The notes under the pieces: model-generated | What the model was told of the DNA's origin: nothing | What the model saw: the letters and a program-made list of their open reading frames with translations, nothing else | Database searches by the model: none | From: a virus | IMG/VR virus record: IMGVR_UViG_2534681901_000004 | Location: 1-26,113 of that record | DNA length: 26,113 bases | Reading direction: 5' to 3' (one strand) | In this document: piece by piece, positions 7,167 through 16,352 of the stretch | How positions within the stretch are numbered: position 1 is the stretch's first letter | Layout: each line of letters begins with the position of its first letter | Made by a program: the position numbers and the translations under genes

Positions 7167-7487
7167 ATGCCAGACGATCCAACCCAACTGAGCCGGCTAC
7201 TCCGACTCTTTCGACAGGCCGGCGCACCATCCGAGGACAGTACCGACCGCGACGGAGCGTTCAGCTACCACGCCGAATCTCATGCCGCCGGCCTCGGCAT
7301 CGGTCTCGGTGCGATCGCCACCGCGACCGGAAACTATCGCTATGTCGGCGGTTTGCTTGCCGCCGCGTTCGGGCTCAACCGTGGCCCAACACTCTCGAGT
7401 AGCAATATCACTGGCGACGTCCGCCAGGAACCGCACTACTTCATCGGCGGGCTCGCGCTCGGACTCGTCCTCGGGGCGGTCGTCTAG
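7167..7487 (+). CDS. Small Gly-rich membrane protein (candidate lysis or virion membrane protein)
   Basis: Hydrophobic segments AAGLGIGLGAIATATG, YVGGLLAAAFGL and YFIGGLALGLVLGAVV; upstream of terS. Confidence 0.75.
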   Translation: MPDDPTQLSRLLRLFRQAGAPSEDSTDRDGAFSYHAESHAAGLGIGLGAIATATGNYRYVGGLLAAAFGLNRGPTLSSSNITGDVRQEPHYFIGGLALGLVLGAVV

Positions 7488-7491
7488 CTCC

Positions 7492-7776
7492 ATGAGCGAT
7501 GCCATGGCAACGAGACAACACAAATCAACGACCCGCGAATCGATCCGGGAGTGCAACGAAGCCGTTTCGAGGCGATTCCACGTGACGCTCGCCGTTTACA
7601 AGACAATCAAGGCGACAACGCAGCTGATCGGCGTCGTCGGTGGCATCCTCGCGATGCAACAGGGCGCCGACCCGATGACATCGCTGACGATCATCGGCGC
7701 GATCCTCGTCGGGCCGGAGATCCTCGAGTACACGATCGCGAACGAGCCGCCTCGAGACCACGACCGCAAGGACTGA
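7492..7776 (+). CDS. Small two-TM membrane protein, holin-like topology (94 aa; alternative start 7504)
   Basis: TM segments QLIGVVGGILAMQQ and LTIIGAILVGPEIL; charged C-terminus RDHDRKD; directly before terS. The holin role is inference. Confidence 0.7.
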   Translation: MSDAMATRQHKSTTRESIRECNEAVSRRFHVTLAVYKTIKATTQLIGVVGGILAMQQGADPMTSLTIIGAILVGPEILEYTIANEPPRDHDRKD

Positions 7777-7820
7777 ACACCCCATGAGCCGCTCGGATCT
7801 CTACAACACCCCATGAGCCG
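7776..7820 (+). repeat. Perfect 16-bp direct repeat AACACCCCATGAGCCG
   Basis: Copies at 7776-7791 and 7805-7820 (29-nt period), between the membrane gene and terS. Confidence 0.95.
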
Positions 7821-7823
7821 ACG

Positions 7824-8369
7824 ATGACGAAGGATCCAGAAGACACCAAGTTCGGCCGCTGCGAGGCCACGTCGAAGTCGACCGGCCAGCGCTGCGGCCG
7901 GGCGGCCACCGGCCCGCACGGGAAGTGCGACATCCACGGCGGCAAGTCGAATACGGGCGAGGAGAACGGCAACTTCAAACACGGCCTGTTCTCCGATCAC
8001 CTCTCCGAGCGCGATCGCCAGACGATCACCGCCCTCGAGGGGATGGACGATGACGAGAAACTGGACGAGATCATCAACTGGCGACTCGCCCGACTCCGGC
8101 GCTACCTGCGGGAGATGTCCGAGGAAGAGGAGATGTCCTTCTGGGACGCCTTCAGATCGATCATCAACCGCACGGGGACGATCGAGGACTCCGAGATCCG
8201 GGAGCTGGCGAAGATGCTCGACAAGAACAACCGGTCCGTCCAGGCGGAGATCGACCTCGTCCGGAAGCTGATCAAGGACCGAAACAAGATCGCCGAGGGA
8301 GAGGACGTCAACGTCAACGCCGGCGACGCATGGCGGAACGCGCTCGCGAACGCGGGTGGTGACTCATGA
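7824..8369 (+). CDS. terS: Terminase small subunit with N-terminal HGGxSTG-type Cys/His domain
   Basis: CEATSKSTGQRC...KCDIHGGKS plus NGNFKHGLFS; helical C-terminus; ATGA overlap with terL. Confidence 0.8.
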   Translation: MTKDPEDTKFGRCEATSKSTGQRCGRAATGPHGKCDIHGGKSNTGEENGNFKHGLFSDHLSERDRQTITALEGMDDDEKLDEIINWRLARLRRYLREMSEEEEMSFWDAFRSIINRTGTIEDSEIRELAKMLDKNNRSVQAEIDLVRKLIKDRNKIAEGEDVNVNAGDAWRNALANAGGDS

Positions 8370-9988
8370 GTTCGAGCGCCGATGTCGTCGACCCGCAGAA
8401 TCTCGACATCACGCGGTACACGCAGGGCGATGACCGCTACGTCCGGTACGCCGAAGAGATCCTCGGCCTCGAGCTCGCCGACACCCAGAAGCGGATCCTC
8501 CGTGCGGTCGCCAAACACCGCCGACTGATCGTCATGTCGGCCAACGGCGTCGGGAAGAGCTACACGGCGACGGCGCTGAAACACGGCTTCCTCGAGACGA
8601 ACCTCGACTCGACGGCGCTCGGGACGTCCGGGTCCTACTCGCAGTTCGAGGACGCCGTCTGGCGGCCACTGAAGAAGCTCCACAAGGAGGCCAAGCAGCG
8701 CCTCGGACTCCCCGGAGAGACCTACGACGGCGGCCAGCCCCGCCTCGAGATCGATGACGACTGGTTCGCGAAGATCGTCTCCCCGCGGGATCCCGGCGAC
8801 CTCGAGGGTCGGCACGCGGCGGACGTCCTGGTCGTGATCGAGGAAGCCGACAAGAAGTACATCACCGCGGAACACTTCGATAGCGCCGGGTCGTCAGTTA
8901 CCGACGGGAGCGACCGGATGCTCGCGGTCTGCAACCCGCCACGGGACGAGACGAACGTCGTCGCCGAGAAGCTCGAGTCGAACCGCTGGCACGTCATCCA
9001 GTTCTCCAGCTTCGAGTCTCACAACGTGCTCGTCGACGCCGGCGAGCTCGACGCCGATCACATCCCGGGGCTGGTCGACCTCCCGACGATCGCCGAGGAC
9101 TGGGAGGACTGGAACAGCGAACCGTGGCCCGAAGCACCGACGCACTGGGACGGCGACTACCCCGGCGTCGCGATGCTGAACGACCGCGTCGAGGCCGGTG
9201 ACCTTGAGCGCGAGGACGTCATCGAGATCCTCCGGCCAGGGTTCGATGAGGCGCGGCAGGCCCACGATCGTCGCGAGGATCTCGACGAGCGCTGGTACCG
9301 GCGCCGCGCCGGGATCATCCCGCCAGCGGGAGCCGAGAAGAACCGCCCGTTCGATCTCGACGCAGTCGACTCGAGCTACGTCCCGCCGAACAAGTTCCGT
9401 GCGACGGGCCCGCGCTGCGGGACTGGGGTCGACGTCGCCCGCAGCGGCGACCGCACGGTCCAGATCGACGAGCGGAAAGACCAGCTCGACGTCGCCTACT
9501 CGGAACCCGGCACCGATCACACGGTCCAGTTCAACACGATCTGGGACAACCTCGACGAGGAACCGAACGCCACGATCTCGATCGACGCGATCGGGGAAGG
9601 CTCAGGCAAGGCCGACGACACGGCCGCCCGGTATCCAGATGTCGACCGGTTCAAGGCCGGCGAAGAAGCCGCCCAGAGTGACGAGTACAAGGATCGCTGG
9701 ACCGAGGGGCTGTGCGAACTCGGGAACTGGCTCGAGGCCGGCGGGACGTTTTCCGACTCTCGGCTCCGACGCGAACTGCAGATCGCCGCGCGGACCCTCA
9801 CACTCGAGGAGAACTACTACGCGAGCCGCGGGGACGAGGTCTACGTCGCCGATCCGAAATCGAAGGTCGAGGACCGCCTCGGCCACTCTCCAGACCACCT
9901 CGACGCGGCGATCATGGCGGTCCTCGCGTCGAAGGGCGTGATCCCCGAGGATGAGGACGACACCACCAGCGGTACCGGAACGTGGTAA
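8366..9988 (+). CDS. terL: Terminase large subunit
   Basis: Walker A SANGVGKS; Walker B VLVVIEEA; motif CNPP; RNase H-like GVDVARSGDRTV; C-terminal SPDHLDA. Confidence 0.95.
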   Translation: MSSSADVVDPQNLDITRYTQGDDRYVRYAEEILGLELADTQKRILRAVAKHRRLIVMSANGVGKSYTATALKHGFLETNLDSTALGTSGSYSQFEDAVWRPLKKLHKEAKQRLGLPGETYDGGQPRLEIDDDWFAKIVSPRDPGDLEGRHAADVLVVIEEADKKYITAEHFDSAGSSVTDGSDRMLAVCNPPRDETNVVAEKLESNRWHVIQFSSFESHNVLVDAGELDADHIPGLVDLPTIAEDWEDWNSEPWPEAPTHWDGDYPGVAMLNDRVEAGDLEREDVIEILRPGFDEARQAHDRREDLDERWYRRRAGIIPPAGAEKNRPFDLDAVDSSYVPPNKFRATGPRCGTGVDVARSGDRTVQIDERKDQLDVAYSEPGTDHTVQFNTIWDNLDEEPNATISIDAIGEGSGKADDTAARYPDVDRFKAGEEAAQSDEYKDRWTEGLCELGNWLEAGGTFSDSRLRRELQIAARTLTLEENYYASRGDEVYVADPKSKVEDRLGHSPDHLDAAIMAVLASKGVIPEDEDDTTSGTGTW

Positions 9989-9991
9989 CCC

Positions 9992-11455
9992 ATGACTGAC
10001 ACTTCTACAACAGACGAGACGGACGACTCCGCCGGCGGCGGCCGGGAGGCCGAACTGGTCGCACAAGACGATGGGCTCTCGGCCCGGCAGGAGTTTCAGA
10101 TGCGGTTCGCACTCGCCCAGGCGCTGGGTGAGAATATCCCCGGCGACGAGGACTACTACGAGGTCTTCAGCTGGGACAAGAACCCGACCGTCGAGGACTT
10201 CTTCGCCCTCGCGCTGCGGAACCCCTACGCCTATGCTGTCACGTTCCTGCCGCCGTCGACGACCTGGCGCAACCCGCCGCAGATCGACGATAGGGACGAG
10301 CCCCCAGAGGGCGCCGACCAGACACAGTTCGAGGCCGACGTCCAGGAACTCGTCGACGATCACCAACTGTGGCACTACGCGAAACGAGCCGACAAGCTCG
10401 CCGGTATCGGGAAGTTCGGCGTACTCGTCCTCGAGTTCGACGACGTCGACGATCCCGACGGCTTCTCGAGCCCAGTCGAGGCCGGCGCCGAACTGACGGG
10501 ACTCCGTCCGTTCTCAAGAGCGTCGGTTACAGATGTCGCAGTCGGTGGGCCTGGCTCTGGGCGCTGGGGTGACCCGGTCGAGTATACGCTCGACCTCTCG
10601 GACGAGAACGAGTACGAGACCGTGATCCAGCATCAGGGAGACGAGACGGTCGACGTCCACTGGCAGCGGGTAATCCACATCCCGTCGGACGAGCTTCTGG
10701 ACGACGAGCTTCGAGGCATCCCGCGGCAGAAGCCGGTCTACAACAACTTGGTCGACATCGAGAAGACGCTCGGCGCCGCCGGCCAACTCGTCTACCGAGC
10801 CGCTGCGTGGGGTATCCACATCAACATCTCCGAGGACTTCAACCTCGAGGACGACGGTGACGAACTCCGCGAACACCTCCAGCGCTGGCAGCACGGCCTC
10901 GAGAACGTCCTTCGGACCCACGGCGCCGACGACGTCAAGAGCCTCGGCGGCGAGGACATCGACCCGCAGCCGGTCATCGACCCGAACATCGAGGCGGTCA
11001 GTGCCCAGACGGGCCTCCCCCAGTCCGTCCTGAAGGGCAACGAGACCGGCGAGCGGGCCACCACGCAGGACCTCAAGGAGTGGTACGGGAAGATAGCCGA
11101 ACGGCGCAACGAGTTCGTCGAGCCGCAGATCGTCCGTGCGACCATCGACCAGCTGCAGGACATCGGCACGATCGCCGAGCCGCAGGGCGCTGGTTACGAG
11201 GTGAAGTGGCAGCCGCTGGCCGAGATGTCCGAGTCGGACCAGGCAGAGATCCGCAAGACTCGGGCCGAGGTCCTCGAGACGTGGCTGCAGGTCGCGCCCG
11301 GCGTCCTCACCCCCAAGCAGCAGCTGGAGTTCATCGAGGACGGCGATCTCCCGTCCGAACTCGAGGACGCCGACCTCCCGGAACTGGACGAAGCTGATCC
11401 GGAGGTCGCGGCACAGTTCGAGTCCGCGTTCGGTTCCGCGGAGGCTGATGACTGA
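9992..11455 (+). CDS. Portal protein (DUF1073-type)
   Basis: Follows terL; 487 aa; motifs GIGKFGVLVL, VHWQRVIH, SAQTGLPQSVLKGNETG and DLKEWYGKIAERRNEFVEP. Confidence 0.9.
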   Translation: MTDTSTTDETDDSAGGGREAELVAQDDGLSARQEFQMRFALAQALGENIPGDEDYYEVFSWDKNPTVEDFFALALRNPYAYAVTFLPPSTTWRNPPQIDDRDEPPEGADQTQFEADVQELVDDHQLWHYAKRADKLAGIGKFGVLVLEFDDVDDPDGFSSPVEAGAELTGLRPFSRASVTDVAVGGPGSGRWGDPVEYTLDLSDENEYETVIQHQGDETVDVHWQRVIHIPSDELLDDELRGIPRQKPVYNNLVDIEKTLGAAGQLVYRAAAWGIHINISEDFNLEDDGDELREHLQRWQHGLENVLRTHGADDVKSLGGEDIDPQPVIDPNIEAVSAQTGLPQSVLKGNETGERATTQDLKEWYGKIAERRNEFVEPQIVRATIDQLQDIGTIAEPQGAGYEVKWQPLAEMSESDQAEIRKTRAEVLETWLQVAPGVLTPKQQLEFIEDGDLPSELEDADLPELDEADPEVAAQFESAFGSAEADD

Positions 11456-11458
11456 GAC

Positions 11459-12562
11459 ATGAGCAGCGCTGCTTCCCTATCCGGCGACCGGCACCACCTC
11501 CATGCCCAGCAGCAGGATCCGACTAAGACGAAGACGATCCGGCAGACGTACGCTCGCCGACTCCGCGGGGCGTTCGGTCGGATCAACAGTACGATCCGCG
11601 ACGCCGTCATCGAGGAGGACATCTTCGGCCTTCGCGACGACGATCTCTCTGACGAGCAGGTCGAGGAGCTGCTCGACACGTTCGCGTCCGCGGATCGCGA
11701 CGTCGAGCTACGGGCGGTCGATGAGCCACCGGACCTCAGCACGGTTCTGCCGAGCGAGCGCATCGAGCGCTTCCGGGAGTGGCTCCAGACCGCTCAGGAA
11801 TCGGAGGTCCTCGAGGTCATCGATCGAGACGAGAACGTCTGGGTACGCCGGGCGTACGAGCGCGGCCTCGAGGACGCCGACACGAACCTTCGCCAAGCTG
11901 GCCTCGATATCGAGTCGACCGATTCCAAGGCGGCCCGGGAGTTGGTCGAGATGCCGGTTCACGAGCGGAAGCTGCAGGTCCTATTCAGTCGGAACTATGC
12001 CGAACTCGAGGGCATCACCAACGCGGTCGCCCAGCAGGTCACCCGCGAACTAGCCGACGGGATCGCGGCCGGCGAGAACCCGACGAAGATGGCGCGCCGG
12101 ATCACCGATCGGGTCAACAAGATCGGGAAGACGCGGGCAACAGTTCTTGCGAGGACCGAGACGATCAACGCCCACACGCAGTCGACGATCGAGCGCTACC
12201 GGCAGCAGGGTATCAACTCAGTTGGCCTCGAGCCAGAGGTGCAGGTCCAGACCGCCGGCGACCAGCGCGTTTGCGATCGGTGTGCCTCGGTCGCCCAGCG
12301 CGGCCCCTGGACGCTCGACGAGTTCGAGGGCTCGGAGAACCAGCCGCCGATCCATCCGCAGTGTCGCTGCGCGGTGATCCCGATCGTGAACGAGGCCGCC
12401 GCAGCGGCGCTCGAGGCACACCCCCACGAGTTCGTCGCGATGTACCGTACTGGTGCGTTCGTCGACGAGTCGCGTGAGCGCTACGAGGCGCTCGCAGCGA
12501 CGGACGTCGACGGCGCTCAGGAACTGGTCGCCCACTTCTCACCAACCCAGGCAGCAGCTTGA
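11459..12562 (+). CDS. SPP1 gp7 / Mu F-like head morphogenesis protein
   Basis: ARTETINAH; TAGDQRVCDRC; PPIHPQCRC; located after the portal. Confidence 0.92.
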   Translation: MSSAASLSGDRHHLHAQQQDPTKTKTIRQTYARRLRGAFGRINSTIRDAVIEEDIFGLRDDDLSDEQVEELLDTFASADRDVELRAVDEPPDLSTVLPSERIERFREWLQTAQESEVLEVIDRDENVWVRRAYERGLEDADTNLRQAGLDIESTDSKAARELVEMPVHERKLQVLFSRNYAELEGITNAVAQQVTRELADGIAAGENPTKMARRITDRVNKIGKTRATVLARTETINAHTQSTIERYRQQGINSVGLEPEVQVQTAGDQRVCDRCASVAQRGPWTLDEFEGSENQPPIHPQCRCAVIPIVNEAAAAALEAHPHEFVAMYRTGAFVDESRERYEALAATDVDGAQELVAHFSPTQAAA

Positions 12563-12636
12563 TCCCGGGCCCGATGACCCCCGTACGACACCCACCACGC
12601 GAGCGGTGAGGGGCGAGGTCCTGGGCCGATGCAACC

Positions 12637-14298
12637 ATGAAGAACAACGATACGCATGACCTGCGGGTGTCGGCCCGAACGGCTCGGCTAACCGCAGGTC
12701 AAGACGACGATGATGAGCCGCCGTGGCGCTTCAGCGGCATCGCGGTCGCTGCTGGGGATATCCTCCACATGGACGACGGGACGCGGGTCCTGATGACTGC
12801 GGAGGAGCTCCAGAAGGCAGCCGAGTCTCAGGCTGGCGAACCGCTCACAACCGACCATCCCGAAGACGACGACGGCCGTCCGGTATACCCGCCGCCGACC
12901 GAGGAAACGGTCGGGAAGGTCCCGAAGGCAGGTTGGATCGAGGAAGCGGATGCAGTCGGCTACGAAGCGACGACCCACGATCGGGATATCGCCGACGGAG
13001 TTCGTGGCGGGACGTACGAGGTCTCTGTCCACCCACGATTCCAGGTCGAGCCGTACGATGATCCCGAGGCCGACGTCAAGGCGTCGAACATCAAGTTCCT
13101 CGACCTCTCCGTGGTCTCGAAGGGCGACAGTCCATCGAACACCGCGGAGTGGGGCCCGAACGAGGCGCTGGCGTCGTTCACGCATTCCACAGACTTCCGC
13201 GACCAGCTGACCGCTGCCTACGATGACGGTGCCGCGGACGATGACACCGAGAGCCTGGTCGAACGACTGGCTCGGAAGTTCGGTATCATCGGCGATCGCG
13301 GTGACCGGCGTGGCTTCATCCGTGTAGAGCCGCAGACCAGCGACGGCGAAGCGATCCGCGTCGCTGAAGCCGGCTTCGAAGACGCTCGCTGGATGGCGTG
13401 CGCTCACCTCGAGGGTACCGAGTACCCGGACATCGGTCCAGGACTTAGCCCTTCGATTGGCGAGGCTGACGCAGTCTCGGCCGGCGAACTCCTCACCGAT
13501 CAGGCGATCGATCTGGACGAGCCGCTCGAGGAGGATGCCGACGTCTACGTCGCGCTTCACTACGCGAGCGAGGACGGCGAGATGCTGGACCTCATCACGA
13601 GCGCGGACGGTGGCTACTTCTACGACTCGGCGTTCGTCGGTGTGGCTCCAGCAGAAGCGGACGTCACGGCCGGCACCGGCGGTGGACAGAAGCCTGGTAC
13701 GCAAACGATGGGGGCGGAATCCTCTGTGGACGACTCTCCTACGACAGACATGGACGACAACACCCGAGAGCAGTACATCACGTTCCTGACCGCCAACGCG
13801 GACTTCGATAAGGAGTCCCTCGAGGCGATGGACGACAACGTACTCGAACAGACGTACGAACTCGCCGCCGAGGACGCCGCCAGTAACGGTGGCAGCGACG
13901 GCGGTAGCAACGACGACCCGGACAACGGCGGCGACGGCAAGACGCTCGGAGAGATGACGCCTGCCGAGGCGAAGGTCGCCCTCGAGGAGCAGGGGTTCGT
14001 CACCGAGGACAACGCCGGCGATCTCGTCGCCCAGGCCCAGGAAGAAGCCACGAAGGGGCAGAAGGTCGACGAGATCATCGCCCACTCCGACCAGTACGAC
14101 GAGGACGACCGCGAGGACCTCATGGCCTCCGCGGACGCGCTCGTCGATCGAGAACACGATCACGTCGCCGGCGACGGCGGCATGGGGCTTCCCGGAGCGG
14201 CTGGCATCACAGCGTCCGCTTCGCCGGCGGCGGGCGGCGCCGAAGACAACAGCGAGGAAGACCCCGACGAGTACGGCACCGGGGTCGCGGAGAACTGA
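12637..14298 (+). CDS. Prohead protease/scaffold fusion (DUF2213-like N-terminus) with an internal Ig-like insertion
   Basis: N-terminal PLTTDHP, VGKV, EVSV and DLSVV pattern of HK97/assemblin-fold proteases; extremely acidic helical C-terminal scaffold; position before decoration protein and MCP. Confidence 0.8.
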   Translation: MKNNDTHDLRVSARTARLTAGQDDDDEPPWRFSGIAVAAGDILHMDDGTRVLMTAEELQKAAESQAGEPLTTDHPEDDDGRPVYPPPTEETVGKVPKAGWIEEADAVGYEATTHDRDIADGVRGGTYEVSVHPRFQVEPYDDPEADVKASNIKFLDLSVVSKGDSPSNTAEWGPNEALASFTHSTDFRDQLTAAYDDGAADDDTESLVERLARKFGIIGDRGDRRGFIRVEPQTSDGEAIRVAEAGFEDARWMACAHLEGTEYPDIGPGLSPSIGEADAVSAGELLTDQAIDLDEPLEEDADVYVALHYASEDGEMLDLITSADGGYFYDSAFVGVAPAEADVTAGTGGGQKPGTQTMGAESSVDDSPTTDMDDNTREQYITFLTANADFDKESLEAMDDNVLEQTYELAAEDAASNGGSDGGSNDDPDNGGDGKTLGEMTPAEAKVALEEQGFVTEDNAGDLVAQAQEEATKGQKVDEIIAHSDQYDEDDREDLMASADALVDREHDHVAGDGGMGLPGAAGITASASPAAGGAEDNSEEDPDEYGTGVAEN

Positions 14299-14303
14299 GG
14301 TGA
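14297..14303 (+). promoter_or_regulatory. Shine-Dalgarno GAGGTGA (also 14799-14805, and AAGGTGAT 15962-15969) at head-gene junctions
   Basis: Each overlaps the upstream stop and sits 5-6 nt before the next ATG (14309, 14812, 15975). Confidence 0.8.
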
Positions 14304-14308
14304 GATAG

Positions 14309-14800
14309 ATGACGCAACTCAACACGCAGACGTCGGTTCTCGCACAGACCAACGACGCCGAAGACTACGACGATGACAACGCGCTCGAGCAACTCGAGCC
14401 CGGTCAGGGCGTCGTTCGTGGGGCTGGCGGCTACGCGGTCGCCGGCGCCGACTCGAAGACCAAGCGCGTCGTTCGCGAACAGCGAAACCCTGGCAGCCGC
14501 GGGGTAGGAACGAACCAGAGCCCGCTGGAGATCACCTACCCGGCGGGCTCGAACGTCGAGACGATCGGCTTTCAGAGCCACGACGAGGCCCGACTGCTCG
14601 TCGCCTACGCCGACGTCGACGGCGACGGCACCGACGACACCTACACCGAGGGCGCCGACCTCGGCTGGAACGCCAACGGCTACCTCGAGGTCATCAGCGG
14701 CGGCTCGCCGACTGAGGCGGTCGCGACGATCGCGGACGAGGACGGTGTGACGATGAGCAGCGGCGACGACCCGACCCACGTTCTCGTGGAGTTCTACTGA
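14309..14800 (+). CDS. Head decoration/cement protein
   Basis: 163-aa beta-rich protein between scaffold and MCP, the usual position; strong SD; DVDGDGTDD motif. Confidence 0.65.
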   Translation: MTQLNTQTSVLAQTNDAEDYDDDNALEQLEPGQGVVRGAGGYAVAGADSKTKRVVREQRNPGSRGVGTNQSPLEITYPAGSNVETIGFQSHDEARLLVAYADVDGDGTDDTYTEGADLGWNANGYLEVISGGSPTEAVATIADEDGVTMSSGDDPTHVLVEFY

Positions 14801-14811
14801 GGTGAGCATTC

Positions 14812-15963
14812 ATGGCAACTACTGATAGCGTTACGCAGCACGACCCGCAGATGGCCGAAGAGTTCGAGGGGGCGTCGCGCCTCCACGAAACGGCGCTGTT
14901 CAACCCGGTCAGAAAACAGCGTGAACAGGCGTGGAAGCAGATCCGCGCCCAGTCCCCGCTCGGTCCGGACATGTGGGACGATCTCGACCAGGCGATCGGG
15001 ATCAAGCAGCCGTCGGCGGAACTGACCGCCGACTCCGCGATGCAGGTCGACTCCTGGCAGGAGTACGCGGAGACCATCCTCGACGACCAGTTCGTCCAGT
15101 CGACGGTCATCGACCAGCTGATCGGCGCTGGCTTCGGCGTCAGCGCGAGCCTCTTCCGCTACGCGTACTTCGACCGCCTCCGCGCCACCCGCCTCGAAGC
15201 CAACCGGAGCATGAACGCGCGGGCCCGCAGCGTCCAAGAGATGCCCGCGAACGCCCTCCACGGCGTCCCGCTCTGGATCCACCACGTCGACTACGAGTTC
15301 GACAGCCGCGAGGTCCAGAACGCGATGCAGTTCGGTGACGACCTCGACACCAGCGTCGGTCAGGAGGCTCGCCGAGCGCTCAACCGCTCGGAGCACGGCC
15401 TCCTCTGGAACGGCGAAGGTCGCGAGATTCCGACCGACCGCGGCACCCTCGCGGCCACGGGTCTCGACTCCGACGCCGATCTCATCCTGCAGGCCAGCGG
15501 ATCGAACGGCTGGGTCAACAGCCCGGAAGAGATCCTCGCCGACTTCAAGGAACTCCACGACACCGTCGAGGATCAGACCGATGTTCAGGATCAGGACGAC
15601 GTCCCGCTGGTCTCCGAGGTCGGCGGCTGGATCTTCGTCCCCCGCGCCCTGTGGGGCGAGGTCGACCGCGAGGACTACGAGACCTCCGCGACCGACGAGC
15701 CGATCATGGAGCGCCTCGAGCGGAAGTACCCGTACCTCAACATCGTCCCGGCGCCGCGCCTGGACGCCGACAGCGCGATCCTGCTGCTGAACGATCCGCG
15801 GTACTTCCAGATGGTCGTCGCCCAGGGCGTCACGAACACGAACTGGGAGGTCGACGGCGGCTTCGGCCTGCGCAACAAGACTCTCTCGAGTCGGACGCCG
15901 TTCGTCCGCCGATCGCCGGACGGCGTGCGCGGCATCGCTCGAATCACCGGTATCAACGCCTAA
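14812..15963 (+). CDS. Major capsid protein, HK97 fold (Linocin M18/encapsulin-like subgroup)
   Basis: 383 aa; VPLWIHHVDYEFDSRE, LDTSVGQEARRALNRSEHGLLWNG and TPFVRRSPDGVRGIARITG; strong SD; gene order. Confidence 0.9.
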   Translation: MATTDSVTQHDPQMAEEFEGASRLHETALFNPVRKQREQAWKQIRAQSPLGPDMWDDLDQAIGIKQPSAELTADSAMQVDSWQEYAETILDDQFVQSTVIDQLIGAGFGVSASLFRYAYFDRLRATRLEANRSMNARARSVQEMPANALHGVPLWIHHVDYEFDSREVQNAMQFGDDLDTSVGQEARRALNRSEHGLLWNGEGREIPTDRGTLAATGLDSDADLILQASGSNGWVNSPEEILADFKELHDTVEDQTDVQDQDDVPLVSEVGGWIFVPRALWGEVDREDYETSATDEPIMERLERKYPYLNIVPAPRLDADSAILLLNDPRYFQMVVAQGVTNTNWEVDGGFGLRNKTLSSRTPFVRRSPDGVRGIARITGINA

Positions 15964-15974
15964 GGTGATCGGAC

Positions 15975-16349
15975 ATGAGCGAGCCAACCGTTCGCGTCCG
16001 GGTCGCCGGCGCACAGTTCCGGTTCGACCGTGAACAGTACACTCGCGGTGACGAGCTCGAGGTCCCCGAACGGATCGTCAGTCGTCATCCGCGGACGCTC
16101 GCGATCGTCGAGGAAGACGTCGACGACGACGGAGGGGCCACCGGTGCCGGGGACGCCACCGGCGAGCTGGCCGTCGACGATCTCGATCCTCACCCGAAGG
16201 ATCTCGACGTCCCAGGGCTGGAAGATCGTATCGCGGATGTCGACGATGTCAGCCTCCTCAAGGCGATCAAGGAGGCCGAGAAGCAGAACGACGATCGTAC
16301 GACCGCGAAGAACGCGATCGACTCGCGACTGAACGAACTCGAGGGGTAA
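15975..16349 (+). CDS. Post-capsid two-domain protein (short beta N-terminal domain plus helical C-terminal domain)
   Basis: YTRGDELEVPE N-terminus; C-terminal LLKAIKEAEKQNDDRTTAKNAIDSRL; SD upstream. Confidence 0.75.
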   Translation: MSEPTVRVRVAGAQFRFDREQYTRGDELEVPERIVSRHPRTLAIVEEDVDDDGGATGAGDATGELAVDDLDPHPKDLDVPGLEDRIADVDDVSLLKAIKEAEKQNDDRTTAKNAIDSRLNELEG

Positions 16350-16352
16350 CGG

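Noticed and set aside
7492-7506. Lambda S-type dual-start holin/antiholin motif (MSDAM)
   Set aside because: The extra residues carry no positive charge and Met spacing alone is weak evidence.
1201-9988. Inteins in MCM or TerL, which are common in haloarchaea and their viruses
   Set aside because: Both proteins are normal length with contiguous motifs and no intein splice-junction or LAGLIDADG signature.
9992-11455. Possible anti-CBASS Acb1-like label that some pipelines attach to DUF1073 proteins
   Set aside because: Size, motifs and position between terL and gp7 indicate a portal; no 2H phosphodiesterase HxT pair recognised.
12380-12562. C-terminal extension of the MuF/gp7 protein as a polymorphic toxin
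   Set aside because: Only ~55 aa, Ala-rich, no catalytic motif and no immunity-like gene downstream.
14602-14640. DVDGDGTDD calcium-binding-like motif in the decoration protein
   Set aside because: A single DxDxDG in a D/G-rich halophilic protein is expected by chance; not enough for a separate claim.
14812-15963. Possible encapsulin/linocin bacteriocin call
   Set aside because: Sits in a complete head operon after terminase, portal and protease, so it is the viral major capsid protein.
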